From Chiloscyllium plagiosum (Eukaryota), in contig NC_057719.1 of NCBI RefSeq assembly GCF_004010195.1, forward strand, positions 29,488,822-29,528,788: a DNA stretch of 39,967 bases, given 5' to 3'. Position 1 is the stretch's first letter; the number at the start of each line of letters is the position of its first letter. The translations under genes and the position numbers were made by a program. Below are positions 37,945 to 39,967 of this stretch, one piece after another. Under the pieces are notes generated by a model. The model was not told where the DNA came from. It worked only from the letters and a program-made list of their open reading frames with translations, and did not search any database.

Positions 37945-39140
37945 GCCTATTCGCAGAACCTGTGCCTCCGCACTCACCTGGGCCATCTTCCACTTCATGT
38001 GGAAATCAAAGGTGGACTGGGTCCGAAGGGACACGATGTACAAAGATCTGGGCAATGGGGGAAAGAAACACAACCAATCCCACCCTCACCCTGATGGCCA
38101 CCTTTGTGTGTAGCTGTATCAAGCTGTGCATGGATCCCCGGTACGCAAACACCAAGTGTTACTGCGTACTGAGGTTCTACCTACCCCCGGTGTTGGGAAA
38201 GATGGGCCTAGCCTCGCTGCTGTGGAACACTCCAAGTAGATGGACTGTTCCATATCACCTATCCTTCGTGGAGAAATTTGTTAAAAAAACACCTTTGATC
38301 ACAGATCCAACACTTAGTGGTCAGCACTTAATGTCCCCAAGACTCTTCAGGAAAAGGAGAGGGTGGATCCTGTTGAGCAGTTCCATGGGCAAACTGTCGA
38401 AGTCATTTAGCAGAATGCCTCATCACCAGAACTTTCCAACAAGCATGAAGATAGGGCCTGGCTGGTGGTGAGAAGGGCTCTGCCTGTGAGGTCCTTTATG
38501 CACGCCCGGACTCTCTGCGCCATGCACACTGCCCTCGAAGCGGCTGTGGAAGGGATGAGACTGTCACACACCTCTTTCTGGAATGTGCATATGCAAAAGA
38601 AGTCTGGAGAGGAATGCAATGGTGTTTGTCAAGGTTCGTCCCAAGCAGCTTCGTGACGCGGGACTCCATGCTGTTCACCGGGACGCACACTGAGACGAAC
38701 ATCAACTGCGCCTGGAGGATCATCAACTCAGTGAAAGATGCTCTTTGGTCTGCCCGAAACCTGTTGATCTTCCAGCTGAAGGGGTTGACCCTGACTGAGT
38801 GTTGCAGACTGGCACATTCCAAGGTCCAGGACTATGTGTTGAGGAACACGCTGAAGCTTGGGGCAGCTGCCGCCAAGGCACAGTGGGGAAAGACCACCGT
38901 GTAAGGTCCTTCTGCTGAAGAATAACAGGGGTCCCATTCAGTAATTGGGCTCCGCTGATGCCTTAGCTAAATACGAAGAGGCTGATTGGTTAACATACAG
39001 AATTGTAAATACCAATGACTCAGTCTGTTCGCTGTATATAAAGACATGTAAAGTATACATCTGAATGGCATCACCAATTGTACAGGTACCAAAGATTTCT
39101 ATGAATAAAGTATATTTTTGAAATAAATTAATTAAAAAAT
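37945..39140 (+). mobile_element. Tx1/L1-clade LINE 3' fragment, same family as 31075-31955
   Basis: Shared C-terminus HTETNINCAWRI…LKLGAAAAKA.WGKTT and an AATAAAGTATATTTTTGAAAT tail. Confidence 0.8.
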
Positions 39141-39489
39141 TGACTTGAATTTTCCAAACTTTATAATCACAGAATCATTCTATTATGTTTGATTCAGAGG
39201 TGACTCAAAACAATTTCAAATATCCTTCCTAGCATTGTACACTTGTTGTAAGCCCAAGGAATTCTACAGTTTCTATCCCCTTGGTGCGATATCACTGAAA
39301 AGCCTTAGTGTCCCATTCCCATTGCATCTCTGCAAGTGCTACTCTAAGTTTTATTTTGTCACTCAGCATTTAGTGTGGACTTTGGAATAGGTACAGACGC
39401 AATACAGTTGAGACTGGACAGACCAAAGAGCTCCTCTCACTGAAATGATGGTCTTCTGGATATAATTGATCTTTTTCTCTGTGTCCCCC

Positions 39490-39790
39490 TAGGATCACAC
39501 TGCAGCACAGAGGAACTACGAAGAGCAGAGGAAAATCACCTATATAGCATGTTCAAAGAGAACAGGTACCCAATGAATGCAGTCTGCCGATTTCTCACCC
39601 ACAATCCCACCAACACATTAAAACAGCAACTAAACGACCCTTTACAAACAGTAAGCAAGATGAACATCATAGACAAAATACCTTGCCAGAACTGCAACAA
39701 ACACTGCATTAGACAAACAGGCAGAATACTAGCCAGCAGGATACATGAACATTAACTAGCCACAAAAAGACATGATCCACTATCACTGTG
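39490..39790 (+). mobile_element. Penelope GIY-YIG fragment
   Basis: NIIDKIPCQNCNKHCIRQTGRILASRIHEH, with DNA similarity to 20778-20860. Confidence 0.8.
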
Positions 39791-39794
39791 GAAA

Positions 39795-39967
39795 AGACGA
39801 TGGATGAAGACTCGCCATCTGAGGTAGTTTGGGCTGAGGTTAGGAATAGGAAAGGTGAGGTCACCCTGTTAGGAGTTTTTTACAGGCCTCCTAATAGTCC
39901 TAGAGACGTAGAAGAAAGGATTGCGAGGATGACTCAAGAGAAGAGTGAAAGTAATAGGATGGTTGTT
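39795..39967 (+). mobile_element. CR1 endonuclease fragment running off the window end
   Basis: EVVWAEVRNRKGEVTLLGVFYRPPNS. Confidence 0.8.

Noticed and set aside
36892..38094. 400-aa ORF as an intact host or novel RT gene
   Set aside because: It is a truncated Penelope RT that reads through into an unrelated Tx1 fragment, and the upstream region is frameshifted.

Overview
Eukaryotic, intron-rich DNA, most likely from a cartilaginous fish (shark); this is inferred from the HE1/V-SINE, CR1 and Penelope repeat content. The only host gene is the 5' part of PCNX4 (pecanex 4) on the minus strand. Six coding exons (25030-24342, 22897-22721, 9275-8755, 7058-6958, 2543-2421, 1029-666) splice in frame through canonical GT-AG sites to give 658 codons, and the gene continues beyond base 1. 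A probable non-coding first exon and a CpG-rich CRE/NRF1 promoter lie at about 30457-30780. The rest is mostly nested, decayed retroelements: CR1 LINEs, Tx1/L1-clade LINE fragments, Penelope-like elements (PLEs) and SINEs. The most interesting signal is nine minimal hammerhead-ribozyme-like motifs in PLE termini. Several sit in about 100-130 bp stand-alone inserts bounded by 11-14 bp direct repeats. One same-strand pair inside PCNX4 intron 3 has mutually complementary helix-III segments. Also notable are a 115-bp inversion-duplication and a perfect 111-bp templated duplication. Repeat boundaries are approximate unless defined by a direct repeat, and family names come from recognition, not a database search.
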